Shown: one piece after another, positions 35,350 through 44,656 of the stretch
Layout: each line of letters starts with the position of its first letter
How positions within the stretch are numbered: the first letter of the stretch is position 1
From: an uncultured bacterium
Lineage (GTDB): Bacteria > Fermentibacterota > Fermentibacteria > Fermentibacterales > JCC-6
Direction of reading: 5' to 3'
Assembly: GCA_964541235.1 (NCBI GenBank)
Contig: CAZIPI010000014.1
Span: 666 to 64,665 of the forward strand
Length of the DNA stretch: 64,000 nucleotides
Program-made: the position numbers and the translations under genes
The notes under the pieces: generated by a model
Seen by the model: the letters and a program-made list of their open reading frames with translations, nothing else
Databases searched by the model: none
What the model was told of the DNA's origin: nothing

Positions 35350-36213
35350 TCAACGGGAAGAGCTTCTGAGCATGGAGAGCAGCCTGTCCAGCTCATCCAG
35401 CGATGCGTACTCTATCTCGATGCTGCCCCTGCCCCCCGAGTCCCTGACCCTTACCCTTGTTCCCAGAACCCTTTGAAGGCTCTCTTCCAGCTGGGCGATC
35501 TCGGGGGAGCTTCGACGGGTGCCTGCGCGGGGCTTGACCGGCTTTCTGCGGAGCCTGACGAACTCCTCAAGTGCCCTTACGCTCATCCCCCTGTGAACCG
35601 CCAGCCCCGCCGCCCGCACTATGCCCTCTTCGTCGGAGAGACCGAGGAGGGCCCTTCCATGACCCATGGAGAGGGCTCCCGACCTGAGCATGGCCCTGAC
35701 CCTCTCAGGAAGCTCAAGAAGCCGCTGGAAGTTCGCGACGGCCGAGCGGCTGAGGCCAACCTGCCTTCCCAGTTCCTCCTGCGTCAGTTGGAACTCCTGG
35801 CAGAACCTGTGGAATGCCTCAGCCTTCTCCATCGGGTTCAGATCGGCCCTCTGAATGTTCTCCACGAGAGCCAGCGCCAGCATCTGCCGGTCATCGGCCT
35901 CGCGGAGCACCGCCGGGACCTCCTGAAGCCCGGCCATGGAAGAGGCTCTGACCCTCCTCTCTCCCGCGATGAGCTGGTACCTGTCTCCAGCCCTTCTTAG
36001 AACAACAGGCTGAAGCACTCCCTGGGCCCGTATGGAGTCGCTGAGGGACTGCAGGTCCTCCTGGCTCCAGTCCACCCTGGGCTGAAAAGGGTTCGAATCA
36101 ATGAGACGGATAGGGACCATGGCCGGCGCATCGGCCTCCCTGCCGCTTTCGGGAACACTTGGCAAAAGCGCCTCGAGCCCCCTTCCCAGAACCTTCCTGC
36201 CTTTTTCCTTCAC
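35350..36213 (-). CDS. parB: Chromosome partitioning protein ParB
   Basis: LGRGLEALL, NPFQPR and GERRVRAS motifs, plus an HTH region. Confidence 0.9.
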   Translation of the reverse strand: MKEKGRKVLGRGLEALLPSVPESGREADAPAMVPIRLIDSNPFQPRVDWSQEDLQSLSDSIRAQGVLQPVVLRRAGDRYQLIAGERRVRASSMAGLQEVPAVLREADDRQMLALALVENIQRADLNPMEKAEAFHRFCQEFQLTQEELGRQVGLSRSAVANFQRLLELPERVRAMLRSGALSMGHGRALLGLSDEEGIVRAAGLAVHRGMSVRALEEFVRLRRKPVKPRAGTRRSSPEIAQLEESLQRVLGTRVRVRDSGGRGSIEIEYASLDELDRLLSMLRSSSR

Positions 36214-36965
36214 CTCTCCATCACCTCCCTCGCAAGGCTCAGGTAACTGCCGGCGCCCTTTGAGAAAGGGTCGTACAGAATAGCCGGCTTTCCGAAGCTC
36301 GGCGCTTCGCCCAGTTTTACGTTCCTTGGTATGGTGGTGTTGAACAGCGCCTTGCCAAGGTGTGCCCTGGCCTCCTCGAACACTTCCCTGCTCAATTTCA
36401 GCCTTGAGTCGTACATCGTGACGACTACACCGAACAGAAGGAGCCTCCGGTTCCAGGCGGAACGCACCCTGGCTATGGTCTGCAGCAGGTGGGAAAGCCC
36501 TTCCAGTGCGTAGTACTCGCTCTGCACCGGCAGTATGACGCTGTCCGCGGCCACCAGCCCGTTCACCGTGAGAAGGCCGAGGGAGGGGGGGCAGTCTATC
36601 AGCACGTAGGAATACCTCTCGACCCTTCCCCTGAGGGCCCTGTCGAGGAAGAACTCCCTTCTGTCCTGTGAGGCCAGTTCCGTCTCCAGCCCGGCCATGT
36701 CCGTGGAACCGGGGACCAGGTCCAGTCCCTCGATGTCGGTTCCCACTATCAGTTCATCCAGGGGCCTTCTGCCTGCTATCAGGGCGTGCATCCCCTCCAT
36801 GCCCGCCTGCTGCCTTCCCAGTCCGCTGGTGGCATTGGCCTGGGGGTCGAGGTCAACCACCAGAACGTCCCTGTTGTTCACGGCAAGGCAGGCGCCGAGG
36901 TTTATCACTGTAGTGGTCTTGCCAACGCCGCCCTTCTGGTTGGCGACCGCAATTATCCTTGTCAT
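36210..36965 (-). CDS. parA: Chromosome partitioning ATPase ParA/Soj
   Basis: Deviant Walker A NQKGGVGKTTT. Confidence 0.9.
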   Translation of the reverse strand: MTRIIAVANQKGGVGKTTTVINLGACLAVNNRDVLVVDLDPQANATSGLGRQQAGMEGMHALIAGRRPLDELIVGTDIEGLDLVPGSTDMAGLETELASQDRREFFLDRALRGRVERYSYVLIDCPPSLGLLTVNGLVAADSVILPVQSEYYALEGLSHLLQTIARVRSAWNRRLLLFGVVVTMYDSRLKLSREVFEEARAHLGKALFNTTIPRNVKLGEAPSFGKPAILYDPFSKGAGSYLSLAREVMER

Positions 36966-37600
36966 CTCTTCCTTTTCACAGCTTTGAACCCCGATCCGGG
37001 ATGGCGAAACTGCACCATGAACCCCGGGCGGTCAAGAGGCGGTGAGGGCAGGGCAACCACAAGCTTTTCGCATGGAATGGAATACGGTTCCGCGACCCTG
37101 AGCGTGAGAGTGCAGCCGTCGGGCGCCGTCCCCGCAACGCGGGACAGGAGCTGTTCAGGGTCCTCCACTGCCCTCGCGGTAAAAGCGGTGTCCTTCGGGA
37201 AGGGGCCGGCCTCCTCGATGCCGCAGTGCATCGCCGCCGCGTTCCCCAGCCCCAGGGAGTCCAGCGCCCAGAGAAGGAACAGATACCTCTTCCTCCTTCT
37301 CTCCACCATGGTGACGTTCATTCCAAAGATCGCCAGGACCATTCCCGGGAACCCCGCTCCGCTCCCGATGTCCACCACCGGCCCTGCTTCCTTCAGGAGG
37401 GGCATGTACGCGGCGGACTCAAGGACGTGCCTTCCCCAGAGGCGTTCCATCTCCCGCGGACCCAGCAGGTTGCCGAACCTGCCCCCCATGCCGTGCTCAA
37501 GAAGGACCGCGAACTCGGAAAGCATCTGCAGGGCGCTCCCCGTGGGCTCCACCCCCAGCGCTCGGAGCGAAGAGGAAGCGTCATCCGGAATGTGTTTCAC
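36962..37600 (-). CDS. rsmG: 16S rRNA m7G527 methyltransferase RsmG (GidB)
   Basis: DIGSGAGFPG motif and the conserved position between mnmG and parA. Confidence 0.85.
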   Translation of the reverse strand: MKHIPDDASSSLRALGVEPTGSALQMLSEFAVLLEHGMGGRFGNLLGPREMERLWGRHVLESAAYMPLLKEAGPVVDIGSGAGFPGMVLAIFGMNVTMVERRRKRYLFLLWALDSLGLGNAAAMHCGIEEAGPFPKDTAFTARAVEDPEQLLSRVAGTAPDGCTLTLRVAEPYSIPCEKLVVALPSPPLDRPGFMVQFRHPGSGFKAVKRKR

Positions 37601-39377
37601 GTGGAACCTTTCCCCTGAGGGCCTGCAGTGTCATCACTTCCACATCCGACGCCCTCACCCCGGGAAGGCGTGAAGCCTCCCTTATGGTTAGCGGTTCGGC
37701 ATTGCATATGGCCTGCCTGGCTTCGATGGACATACCGGACAGCAGTTGCGCCGGGGGGACAGGCAGGTCGAGGTGTTCTCCTGCGGCGTGGACCCGCCTC
37801 TGATGCCTGCTGATGTATCCTCCGTACCTGATGTCGTTGAATACGCACCCGACTCCCTCGGGGTCCACCTCCTTCAACTCCGGGCAGAGCCCTGTGATCA
37901 CTCTGGTGGTGGTCTCGGGCCTTCTGCAGAGGGATTCCAGGCCGCTGCCGCCTATGAGAAGCCGGGCCCTCTCCCTGTGGGCTTCCAGAGCCTTCATCCT
38001 GCCCAGTCGCTCCCCTCCCAGGACACCAAGTCCGGTGCCGAACTCAATAAGCCTTGCGTGGGCGTTGTCCTGTCTCAGGTGAAGCCTGTTCTCGGCCCTG
38101 CTGGAGAAGAGCCTGTAGGGCTCCTCGATACCCTTGCTGACAAGGTCGTTGACCATGACGCCCAGGTAGCTCTGTTGCCTGTCCGGAACCGCAGGGGGCA
38201 TGTCCAGTGCTGTCCTTGCGGCGTTCGCGCCGGCGAGAAGGCCCAGCGCCGCTGCTTCCTCATACCCGGACGTCCCGAGGAGCTGGCCGGCCGCGAACAG
38301 GTTCACGGTCCCGCGAAGCCTGAGCGTTTCATCGAACGTGCCCCAGGCCAGCCTTCCGTACTCCACGGCATACCCGAACAGGGCGATCTCGGCCCTGTGG
38401 AAGCCGTCCATGCTTCTCAGCATCCGGTACTGGACGTCCTGGGGCATGCTGGTGGAAAGACCGTTCAGGTATGAAAGCCTTGAATGCTCCGCCACCGGCT
38501 CAACGTGTACAGGGTGATCGGAGCGCTCCGGGAACTTGAACACCTTGTCCTCGAAGCTTGGGCAGTACCTCGGGCCCCTTCCCCCTATGCGCCGGGAGAG
38601 CAGGGGCGATCTTCCGGCGTTCTCCCTTACGGCCTCGGCGGTCCTGACGTTTGTCCTTGCAAGGTGGCACAGCCTCTCCCCGCAGGTGCGTTCGCCGGTC
38701 TCCACGCTGAACCTGAAAGGGAAACGGTGAGCCTCCTGAACCTCCAGAGCGTCCAGATCAATGGAAGAGGTGACGATCCTGGGAGACGTCCCTGTCTTGA
38801 AACGTTCCACGTGGAACATTCCCGAGAGGAACCTGTGCAGCTCAACAGAGGGAAGGCCCCCGTCCCTTCCGCCGGGCCAGCGTTCATCCCCCCTGTAAAG
38901 GGTTCCGCCAAGGTACGTGCCGGTGGCGAGTACGAATGAGTCGCCCGGTACCGAGCGGCCACCGTCCAGCAGCGCTTCGGTGAACCTTTCGGGGCCCCCG
39001 CCGAGAGCCAGCGCCATGCCCTTCACCACCGTTACCCCGGCGGCGTCCAGCGCCCGCCTCACGAAGCGCGGGTACAGCCTTGAGTCGGACTGAACCCTCG
39101 GCCCCCACACGGCGGGCCCCCTGCTCATGTTCAGCATGCGGAACTGCAGTGATGTGCAGTCGGCCGCCAGCCCCATTATGCCTCCGAGGGCGTCGATCTC
39201 CCTTACGAGACATCCCTTGGCCACGCCTCCGATGGCGGGGTTGCAGGGCATCAGGGCTATGGCGCCCGGTTCCGCCGTAACAAGCACGGCGCGGGCCCCG
39301 ACCCTCGCCGCGGCCATTGCCGCCTCGGCGCCGGCGTGGCCGCCGCCCACCACCACCACCGTTCTACTTGCCGACAC
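37581..39377 (-). CDS. mnmG: tRNA uridine-5-carboxymethylaminomethyl synthesis enzyme MnmG (GidA)
   Basis: VVVVGGGHAGAEAA FAD motif. Full-length family match. GTG start at 39377. Confidence 0.95.
   Translation of the reverse strand: MSASRTVVVVGGGHAGAEAAMAAARVGARAVLVTAEPGAIALMPCNPAIGGVAKGCLVREIDALGGIMGLAADCTSLQFRMLNMSRGPAVWGPRVQSDSRLYPRFVRRALDAAGVTVVKGMALALGGGPERFTEALLDGGRSVPGDSFVLATGTYLGGTLYRGDERWPGGRDGGLPSVELHRFLSGMFHVERFKTGTSPRIVTSSIDLDALEVQEAHRFPFRFSVETGERTCGERLCHLARTNVRTAEAVRENAGRSPLLSRRIGGRGPRYCPSFEDKVFKFPERSDHPVHVEPVAEHSRLSYLNGLSTSMPQDVQYRMLRSMDGFHRAEIALFGYAVEYGRLAWGTFDETLRLRGTVNLFAAGQLLGTSGYEEAAALGLLAGANAARTALDMPPAVPDRQQSYLGVMVNDLVSKGIEEPYRLFSSRAENRLHLRQDNAHARLIEFGTGLGVLGGERLGRMKALEAHRERARLLIGGSGLESLCRRPETTTRVITGLCPELKEVDPEGVGCVFNDIRYGGYISRHQRRVHAAGEHLDLPVPPAQLLSGMSIEARQAICNAEPLTIREASRLPGVRASDVEVMTLQALRGKVPRETHSG
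37593..37608. other. parS-like site TGTTTCACGTGGAACC
   Basis: 14 of 16 match to the parS consensus TGTTNCACGTGAAACA. It lies at the mnmG/rsmG junction, about 1.4 kb upstream of the parAB genes. Confidence 0.55.
38803..38818. other. parS-like site CGTTCCACGTGGAACA
   Basis: Contains the perfect 14-bp palindrome GTTCCACGTGGAAC. 14 of 16 match to the parS consensus. It lies inside mnmG. Confidence 0.55.
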
Positions 39378-40569
39378 AGAGAACGCTCAGCGCCCGCTCC
39401 ACCGCAGTGAGGTCGTGGCGGATACCCGTGATCTCCTCTGCAATGGTCTCGGCCTCTCGTATGAGCCCGGCTGCGATCCCGGGCTCCTGGTCCGCCGTTG
39501 CCCGGGCCTCCAGAAGCAATGACAGGACCCGGGATGCCATGTGCTCAGCGGGAGACGAAGACATGTCAACGAGGCATTTCACAAGTTCCCCGACCCCCTC
39601 GCCTGTCACTGATGAAACCCGTTGCCCGTTGAGGCTGTGGGTGTCGCTTTTGGACAGGACCGTAAGAACCCTTGCCCCCCTTGAGAGAAGCACTTCAGGC
39701 GCCCCCTCTCCGCCGGGGCTGAGCCAAACCACCATGTCCTCGGGTCGGATCCCGCTCAGCGAAGCCGCAAGCGCCGCCCCGTCCAGGGCTCCGCCCCCGA
39801 ATCCCGGCGTGTCTATCAGAAGGAACCTCCGCCCCTGAAGGGAGACCTCCCTGCGGGCGCCGTCACGGGTGGTCCCGGGTTCCGGATGGACAAGGGCCAC
39901 GAATGAGCCGCACAGCGTGTTCATCAGGGTTGACTTCCCGGCGTTCACCCTTCCGGTCAGATAGACCTTCGCTGCCCTGGAAAGCCCTTGTGCGCTCTCG
40001 AGAAGTTCCCTGGCGGACCCGACGGCCGCCTCAAGGGCATCCACTGGGTCATGCCGGCACCGGCTGCTCTCCTCGGGGAACTCGATGGACCCCTCGATGT
40101 CCTCCAGGGCTTTCGAGATCATCTTTTGAAGGGCGGGCACGGCAACGTCAAGCGGGTCCGCCTTGCGGCCCGTCTCCACCGCCGCGGCCAGGGCAAGTAT
40201 CTGCTGGCCGGACACCCTTCCGTTGCGCCAGGCCCTTCCTGTGAACTCCCCGGGCAGCGCGCCTCTGGCTCCCGCCCCGATAACTGCGTCCAGAAGGGCC
40301 GAGACGAACTCGGGTATGCCGTGGCAGATGAGTTCCACCATCTCTTCCCCGGTGTAGCTGCCGCCCTCGGGCCAGGCCAGCGCCACCACATCCCCGGCGC
40401 GCGGGATCACGGCAACAGCCCTCCGCATGCCCCTGAGCCTGCCCCCCTCAAGCCCTGCAAGACCCTCCACCAGGGCGCAGCACCCGGGGCCGGAGAGCCT
40501 CACCACCGCCAGGGCAGACAGCCCCGGCGGAGTGGCAACGGCGGCTATGATATCGTTTTCAGGGGTCAC
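39364..40569 (-). CDS. mnmE: tRNA modification GTPase MnmE (TrmE)
   Basis: GTG 40569 overlaps the yidC stop (GTGA). IIAAVATPPG, G-domain GRVNAGKSTLMN, and C-terminal CVGK. Confidence 0.85.
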   Translation of the reverse strand: MTPENDIIAAVATPPGLSALAVVRLSGPGCCALVEGLAGLEGGRLRGMRRAVAVIPRAGDVVALAWPEGGSYTGEEMVELICHGIPEFVSALLDAVIGAGARGALPGEFTGRAWRNGRVSGQQILALAAAVETGRKADPLDVAVPALQKMISKALEDIEGSIEFPEESSRCRHDPVDALEAAVGSARELLESAQGLSRAAKVYLTGRVNAGKSTLMNTLCGSFVALVHPEPGTTRDGARREVSLQGRRFLLIDTPGFGGGALDGAALAASLSGIRPEDMVVWLSPGGEGAPEVLLSRGARVLTVLSKSDTHSLNGQRVSSVTGEGVGELVKCLVDMSSSPAEHMASRVLSLLLEARATADQEPGIAAGLIREAETIAEEITGIRHDLTAVERALSVLCVGK

Positions 40570-42128
40570 CTGGGCTCTTCGGCCTCCATCTTCTTCCTGA
40601 TAAGCTCCTGATGGCCCATGGTGAGAAGGTTGAACACCATCCAGTAAAGGTTCATGCCGGCCGCGAACTTCATGAAGATGTAGCTCATGAACACCGGCAT
40701 CAGGTACATCATGCCCTTCTGCTGCTGCATCGAGGCCGAACTCATCTTCTGCTGGATGATCATGAACGCGGCGCTCACAAGCGCCATGAGCCCTATCCCG
40801 TGAAGACCGAGGATGGGGGCCTGGAACGGGATGAGTATCTCCGGCCTTGACAGGTCGGTCATCCACAGCACGAAGGGAGCGCCCCTGAGTTCCACTGCGT
40901 TCCCCAGAACCCTGTACATGGCGAAGAACACCGGCATCTGCAGAAGCATGGGAAGACACCCTCCGAGAGGGTTGGCGCCGGACTCCCTGTAGAGCTTCTG
41001 CATTGCCTGCTGCTGTTTCTGCGGGTCGGCCGCGTATTTCTGCTGTATCTCCTTTATGGCCGGGGAAAGCTTCTGCATCTTCTGCATGGCCACGAAGCTC
41101 TTCTTGGTGAGGGGCATCATAAGGAGCTTGAGTGTGAAGGCCAGAACGATTATCCTGAGGCCCCAGTTGCCAATGAACGAGAGAACGCGGTCGAGATACA
41201 GGAAGATCAGCTGAGCAAGCTGTCTGACCACGGGAAAGCCGAAGTCCACCATTTTGCCGGTGTCGCTTCCCAGGCCGGTCAGGACCGTGTAGCTCACGGG
41301 TCCGGCGTAAACAGTGACGTTCTCCGCTTCCAGTGAAACTTCGGGGGAGCTTCCGGCACCAGGTGCGACAAATCCGCTGACCCTCTCCCGCGACTGCGGA
41401 AGAAGCACGATGCAGAAGTACCTTGATGAGGCGGCGACCCACCTGCTGTTGCCGGTTCCCTCAAGCGCATCGATGGCGGTTGCTTTCCTGCGTGTCATCT
41501 TGTTGGTGTACCAGCAGGCGGAATAATACTGCCTGAGGTCGGCCCCGGCTTCCGTGACCGGTATCGCCCCGGACTGCACGGTCATCCTGCCGGAAAGCCC
41601 TTCCTCGGATACGTCGAAGGCGTAGGATCCGCTTCTGAACCTGAAGGTGCGGGTGGCGCTCCCGGCGGTCATCACCACTTCGGCATCTCCGGCGACCACC
41701 ACGGTGTCCGGGCTGTTGCAGTGGAAGGCCACCGGTTCGCCCCTGGAGTTCATCGCCATGAGCCATGGTTCCCTGGCAAGGTTCACCGCTTCCCCGGAGG
41801 CATCCCCTGTAAGATCGGGGTAGCTGTTCAGCGACCAGCGGGTGACGCCCCCGCCGAAGGTTGTCAGACGGGCGTCCACGAGGACCGATTCGCCGTCCAT
41901 TATCAACACGGTTATTGCTCGTGGGGATGTCTGCTCTTCATGGAAGTCCACCGGTGGCTCAGGCTCGGGCTGGTCAGGGGCAAGGAGTTCGGGGGCCGTT
42001 TCCCGCACCTCTCCCGTCTGCGCTGGAGGGGTGGTCGTCCTGGGGCCGGCCAGGAACCAGCTCAAGGCCAGGACCGCCATCATGAGCGCGGCTGCTAGAA
42101 GCATTCGTGACTGGTCACTGATCGCCAT
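40566..42128 (-). CDS. yidC: Membrane protein insertase YidC
   Basis: N-terminal TM, a large periplasmic domain, and the conserved C-terminal 5-TM core (GGCLPMLLQMPVFFA...). Confidence 0.9.
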   Translation of the reverse strand: MAISDQSRMLLAAALMMAVLALSWFLAGPRTTTPPAQTGEVRETAPELLAPDQPEPEPPVDFHEEQTSPRAITVLIMDGESVLVDARLTTFGGGVTRWSLNSYPDLTGDASGEAVNLAREPWLMAMNSRGEPVAFHCNSPDTVVVAGDAEVVMTAGSATRTFRFRSGSYAFDVSEEGLSGRMTVQSGAIPVTEAGADLRQYYSACWYTNKMTRRKATAIDALEGTGNSRWVAASSRYFCIVLLPQSRERVSGFVAPGAGSSPEVSLEAENVTVYAGPVSYTVLTGLGSDTGKMVDFGFPVVRQLAQLIFLYLDRVLSFIGNWGLRIIVLAFTLKLLMMPLTKKSFVAMQKMQKLSPAIKEIQQKYAADPQKQQQAMQKLYRESGANPLGGCLPMLLQMPVFFAMYRVLGNAVELRGAPFVLWMTDLSRPEILIPFQAPILGLHGIGLMALVSAAFMIIQQKMSSASMQQQKGMMYLMPVFMSYIFMKFAAGMNLYWMVFNLLTMGHQELIRKKMEAEEPR

Positions 42129-42348
42129 CGTTCCCTTCCTCCGGTACGGGGTCGTATCCTCCCCGGTTCCATGGGTTGCACCTGAGTATCCTCTTCAGTG
42201 CCAGTCCCGATCCCCTGGCAACGCCGAACCTTTCCACCGCTGTTCTGGCGTAGCTGCTGCATGACGGCGTGAAGCGGCATGACCTTGGCAGAAGAGGGGA
42301 CAGGAATCTCCTGTATCCGTCTATCAGGAAAAGGACCATGCCCTTCAT
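42115..42348 (-). CDS. yidD: Membrane protein insertion efficiency factor YidD
   Basis: YRRFLSPLLPRSCRFTPSCSSYA. Confidence 0.9.
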   Translation of the reverse strand: MKGMVLFLIDGYRRFLSPLLPRSCRFTPSCSSYARTAVERFGVARGSGLALKRILRCNPWNRGGYDPVPEEGNDGDQ

Positions 42349-42722
42349 CTCCTGGCTTCCGTAACCAGCTTGTTGAAGTCATCGCGGAGCGCTGGCCATC
42401 CGATCTCCCTGAGCTTCACCAGCGGCGTCACTACGGCGTCGAATCCCCGGCCTTCACGGTCCTCGCGGGCCAGCTGCCTGAGCCTTCTTCTGAACAGGTT
42501 CCTCTCCACGGCATTCCCTGTTCTTCTCGATACGGAAAACCCCAGGCGTATAACGCCCAGGGTGTTTCTGCAGTGTCTCGCCTTTACTGTTCCGCCGGTG
42601 AATCGGTTCCCCGACTTGAAAAGGCGGATGAACTCCGGAGTTCTCTTCAGGGAAAAACACGGGGTTCCGGTTCTGTCAGCCCTAGGGCACCAGTCTTTTG
42701 CGGCCCTTCCTTCTTCTGGCAT
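42345..42722 (-). CDS. rnpA: RNase P protein component
   Basis: Sits between rpmH and yidD. Basic, with an EFIRLFKSG...G.S.SRR..NAV.RN..RR pattern. The start is uncertain because the ORF start overlaps rpmH by 41 nt. Confidence 0.75.
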   Translation of the reverse strand: MPEEGRAAKDWCPRADRTGTPCFSLKRTPEFIRLFKSGNRFTGGTVKARHCRNTLGVIRLGFSVSRRTGNAVERNLFRRRLRQLAREDREGRGFDAVVTPLVKLREIGWPALRDDFNKLVTEARR

Positions 42723-42816
42723 TCAGAACCTTCCTGCCGCCCCGGGTGGCCATTCTGGCCCTGAACCCATGCTTCCTTACCCTTGAGATCCTGCTGGGCT
42801 GATAGGTTCTCTTCAT
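42682..42816 (-). CDS. rpmH: 50S ribosomal protein L34 (absent from the ORF track because it is under 60 aa)
   Basis: Manual translation gives [44 protein letters not shown]. Confidence 0.9.
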   Translation of the reverse strand: MKRTYQPSRISRVRKHGFRARMATRGGRKVLNARRRKGRKRLVP

Positions 42817-43095
42817 GACCCGTTCCTTCTTGACTAAACCGGCGGCTGGTTGCCCCGGGAAACAAAAAATGCCTATTCCAATGGGAAGCGGAATTTTACT
42901 AATTCACGCGGGGCGTGTCAAGCTCTTTTCCGCCCTTGCCAACGGAAAAGAAATCAACATGTTCTGGTCTGTATCGAGCGGCCCGGATTTTCATTCAATT
43001 GCTGTGCAAGTGTTTACTACGGCCGGAGGTGTGTTGAAAACTATGTTGATCATTGCTGACCCTGTTGTGTGCATTCGTCTTACGGCTCTTCTCAG

Positions 43096-44412
43096 ATGTT
43101 CCTGAGCAACACATCCGAGTCCGCCTGGTCCCAGTGTCTTTCGATGGCGAAGGAGCGGCTTGGGCTCGATACGTTCAACTCGTGGCTGGCCGGCTCCAGG
43201 TTCGTGAGCTTCGAGTACGAGACATTCACCGTTGAGTTCAAGGACGATTTCAGCGCCGGTTTCGTCTCAGCCCACTTCTCCGAGAAGCTCCGGCCCATCC
43301 TGGCTGAGCTTCTGGAATGCCCCGACCTCCATTTCCGCGCCATCTCCGCGTCCCGCAGCGTCCCTGCAAGGCGCGAGAACCTTCTCCCAACCATGCTGAG
43401 GTCAACCTACACCTTCGAACGGTTCATCGTTGACGACAACAACAGGCTCGCCTACGCAACAGCGGTCTCAGCCGCGAAGAACATGGGCTCCGATCTTGCC
43501 AACCCCCTATTCATCTACGGCGGGGTCGGCCTGGGCAAGACCCACCTCATCCAGGCTGTGGCCCACTACGTAAGCAATCACAGGCCCGACCTTCTGGTCC
43601 GCTACATATCAAGCGAGGCATTCCTGAACCAGCTCGTTGCAGGCTTCAACAACAAGAGCACCATGGAGGCGTTCGAGAAGCGTTTTCGTGACGTTCACTA
43701 CCTTCTCATGGACGACGTTCAGTTCTTCGGCGGAAAGCAGGTCCTCGAGCAGAAGCTCTTCCACATCTTCAACGACCTTTACCTTCAGGGAAGGCAGATC
43801 GTTCTTACGTCGGACAGGCCTCCCCATGAGATAGAGCCGCTGGAGGAGCGTCTTGTCTCAAGGTTCCAGTCCGGCATCGTTGCCGATATCAAGCCGCCGG
43901 GCCTTGAGACAAGGGTCGCCATTCTCAGCCAGATCGCCAGGGAAAAAAGGATCTCCATAGAAGACGAGATCATGTACCTGATCGCGGACTCGGTTAAGTC
44001 CAACGTACGCCAGCTCGAGGGTGTGGTCAACCTCATTGCCGTGCGCTCCCAGGTTCTGAACATCTCCATAACCAAGGACCTTGTTCGCAACATAATCGCC
44101 GAGTCTTTGGGAGCGGGAACGCGCCATCTTAACCCGGGCAGCATAACAAGCGCCGTGGCGGAAGCCTTTTCCATCAACCCTGCGCTGATAAGGGGAAAGC
44201 AGCGCAAGCGCGAGGTACTTATCCCCCGGCATGTTTCCATGCTGCTCATAAGGGACCTGACCGACACACCCCTTACGGAGATCGGCCGCTTCTTCTCGGG
44301 CCGAGACCATTCCACGGTTCTCAATGCCATTGCACGGATCAAGGAGATGATGGCCGAGAACCCTTCCCTGAAGAGGAAGGTTCAGGACGTGAAGGAAAGC
44401 CTCACCAGCTGA
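43096..44412 (+). CDS. dnaA: Chromosomal replication initiator DnaA
   Basis: Walker A GGVGLGKTHL, the box VII/sensor region, and the C-terminal DNA-binding domain (DHSTVLNA). ATG 43096 is preferred over GTG 43069. Confidence 0.95.
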   Translation: MFLSNTSESAWSQCLSMAKERLGLDTFNSWLAGSRFVSFEYETFTVEFKDDFSAGFVSAHFSEKLRPILAELLECPDLHFRAISASRSVPARRENLLPTMLRSTYTFERFIVDDNNRLAYATAVSAAKNMGSDLANPLFIYGGVGLGKTHLIQAVAHYVSNHRPDLLVRYISSEAFLNQLVAGFNNKSTMEAFEKRFRDVHYLLMDDVQFFGGKQVLEQKLFHIFNDLYLQGRQIVLTSDRPPHEIEPLEERLVSRFQSGIVADIKPPGLETRVAILSQIAREKRISIEDEIMYLIADSVKSNVRQLEGVVNLIAVRSQVLNISITKDLVRNIIAESLGAGTRHLNPGSITSAVAEAFSINPALIRGKQRKREVLIPRHVSMLLIRDLTDTPLTEIGRFFSGRDHSTVLNAIARIKEMMAENPSLKRKVQDVKESLTS

Positions 44413-44656
44413 CGATGTTCAAAAACCTCCTGCTTTCCTGTGGAAAAAGTGTTGATGCTCCTTACGGAAATCACTTTCGCGAATGATTGTGGGAAAAACC
44501 GTTTCTCCAATCCCGTTGCCCACGGGTTTTCAACACCTCGAACTACCTGCCCGCCACCCCCGGAGCCTTACTTTTCCACAAATCCACATGTATAATTGTG
44601 ATGACTATTCTTTAGATGTTTGAACTCTACCTCTCTGTAACTGTGTGGAAGGAGAG
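44413..44656. other. Candidate oriC (dnaA-dnaN spacer with DnaA-box-like repeats and an AT-rich segment)
   Basis: TGTGGAAAA at 44440-44448, TGTGGGAAA at 44489-44497, TTTTCCACA at 44572-44580, AAATCCACA at 44580-44588, TGTGGAAGG at 44644-44652. An AT-rich stretch tataattgtgatgactattctttagatgtttgaa lies at about 44591-44625. Confidence 0.5.

Noticed and set aside
40570-41442. N-terminal ~290-aa extension of the mnmE ORF (692-aa ORF 39364-41442)
   Set aside because: The extension overlaps yidC in another frame and has Arg/Gly/His-rich junk composition. The MnmE homology begins at GTG 40569 (MTPENDIIAAVATPPG).
42817-43095. rpmH-dnaA spacer as oriC
   Set aside because: It has somewhat lower GC and marks the strand switch, but I could find only very weak DnaA-box matches (such as AATGCACA). 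The dnaA-dnaN spacer is the better candidate, although a bipartite origin cannot be excluded.
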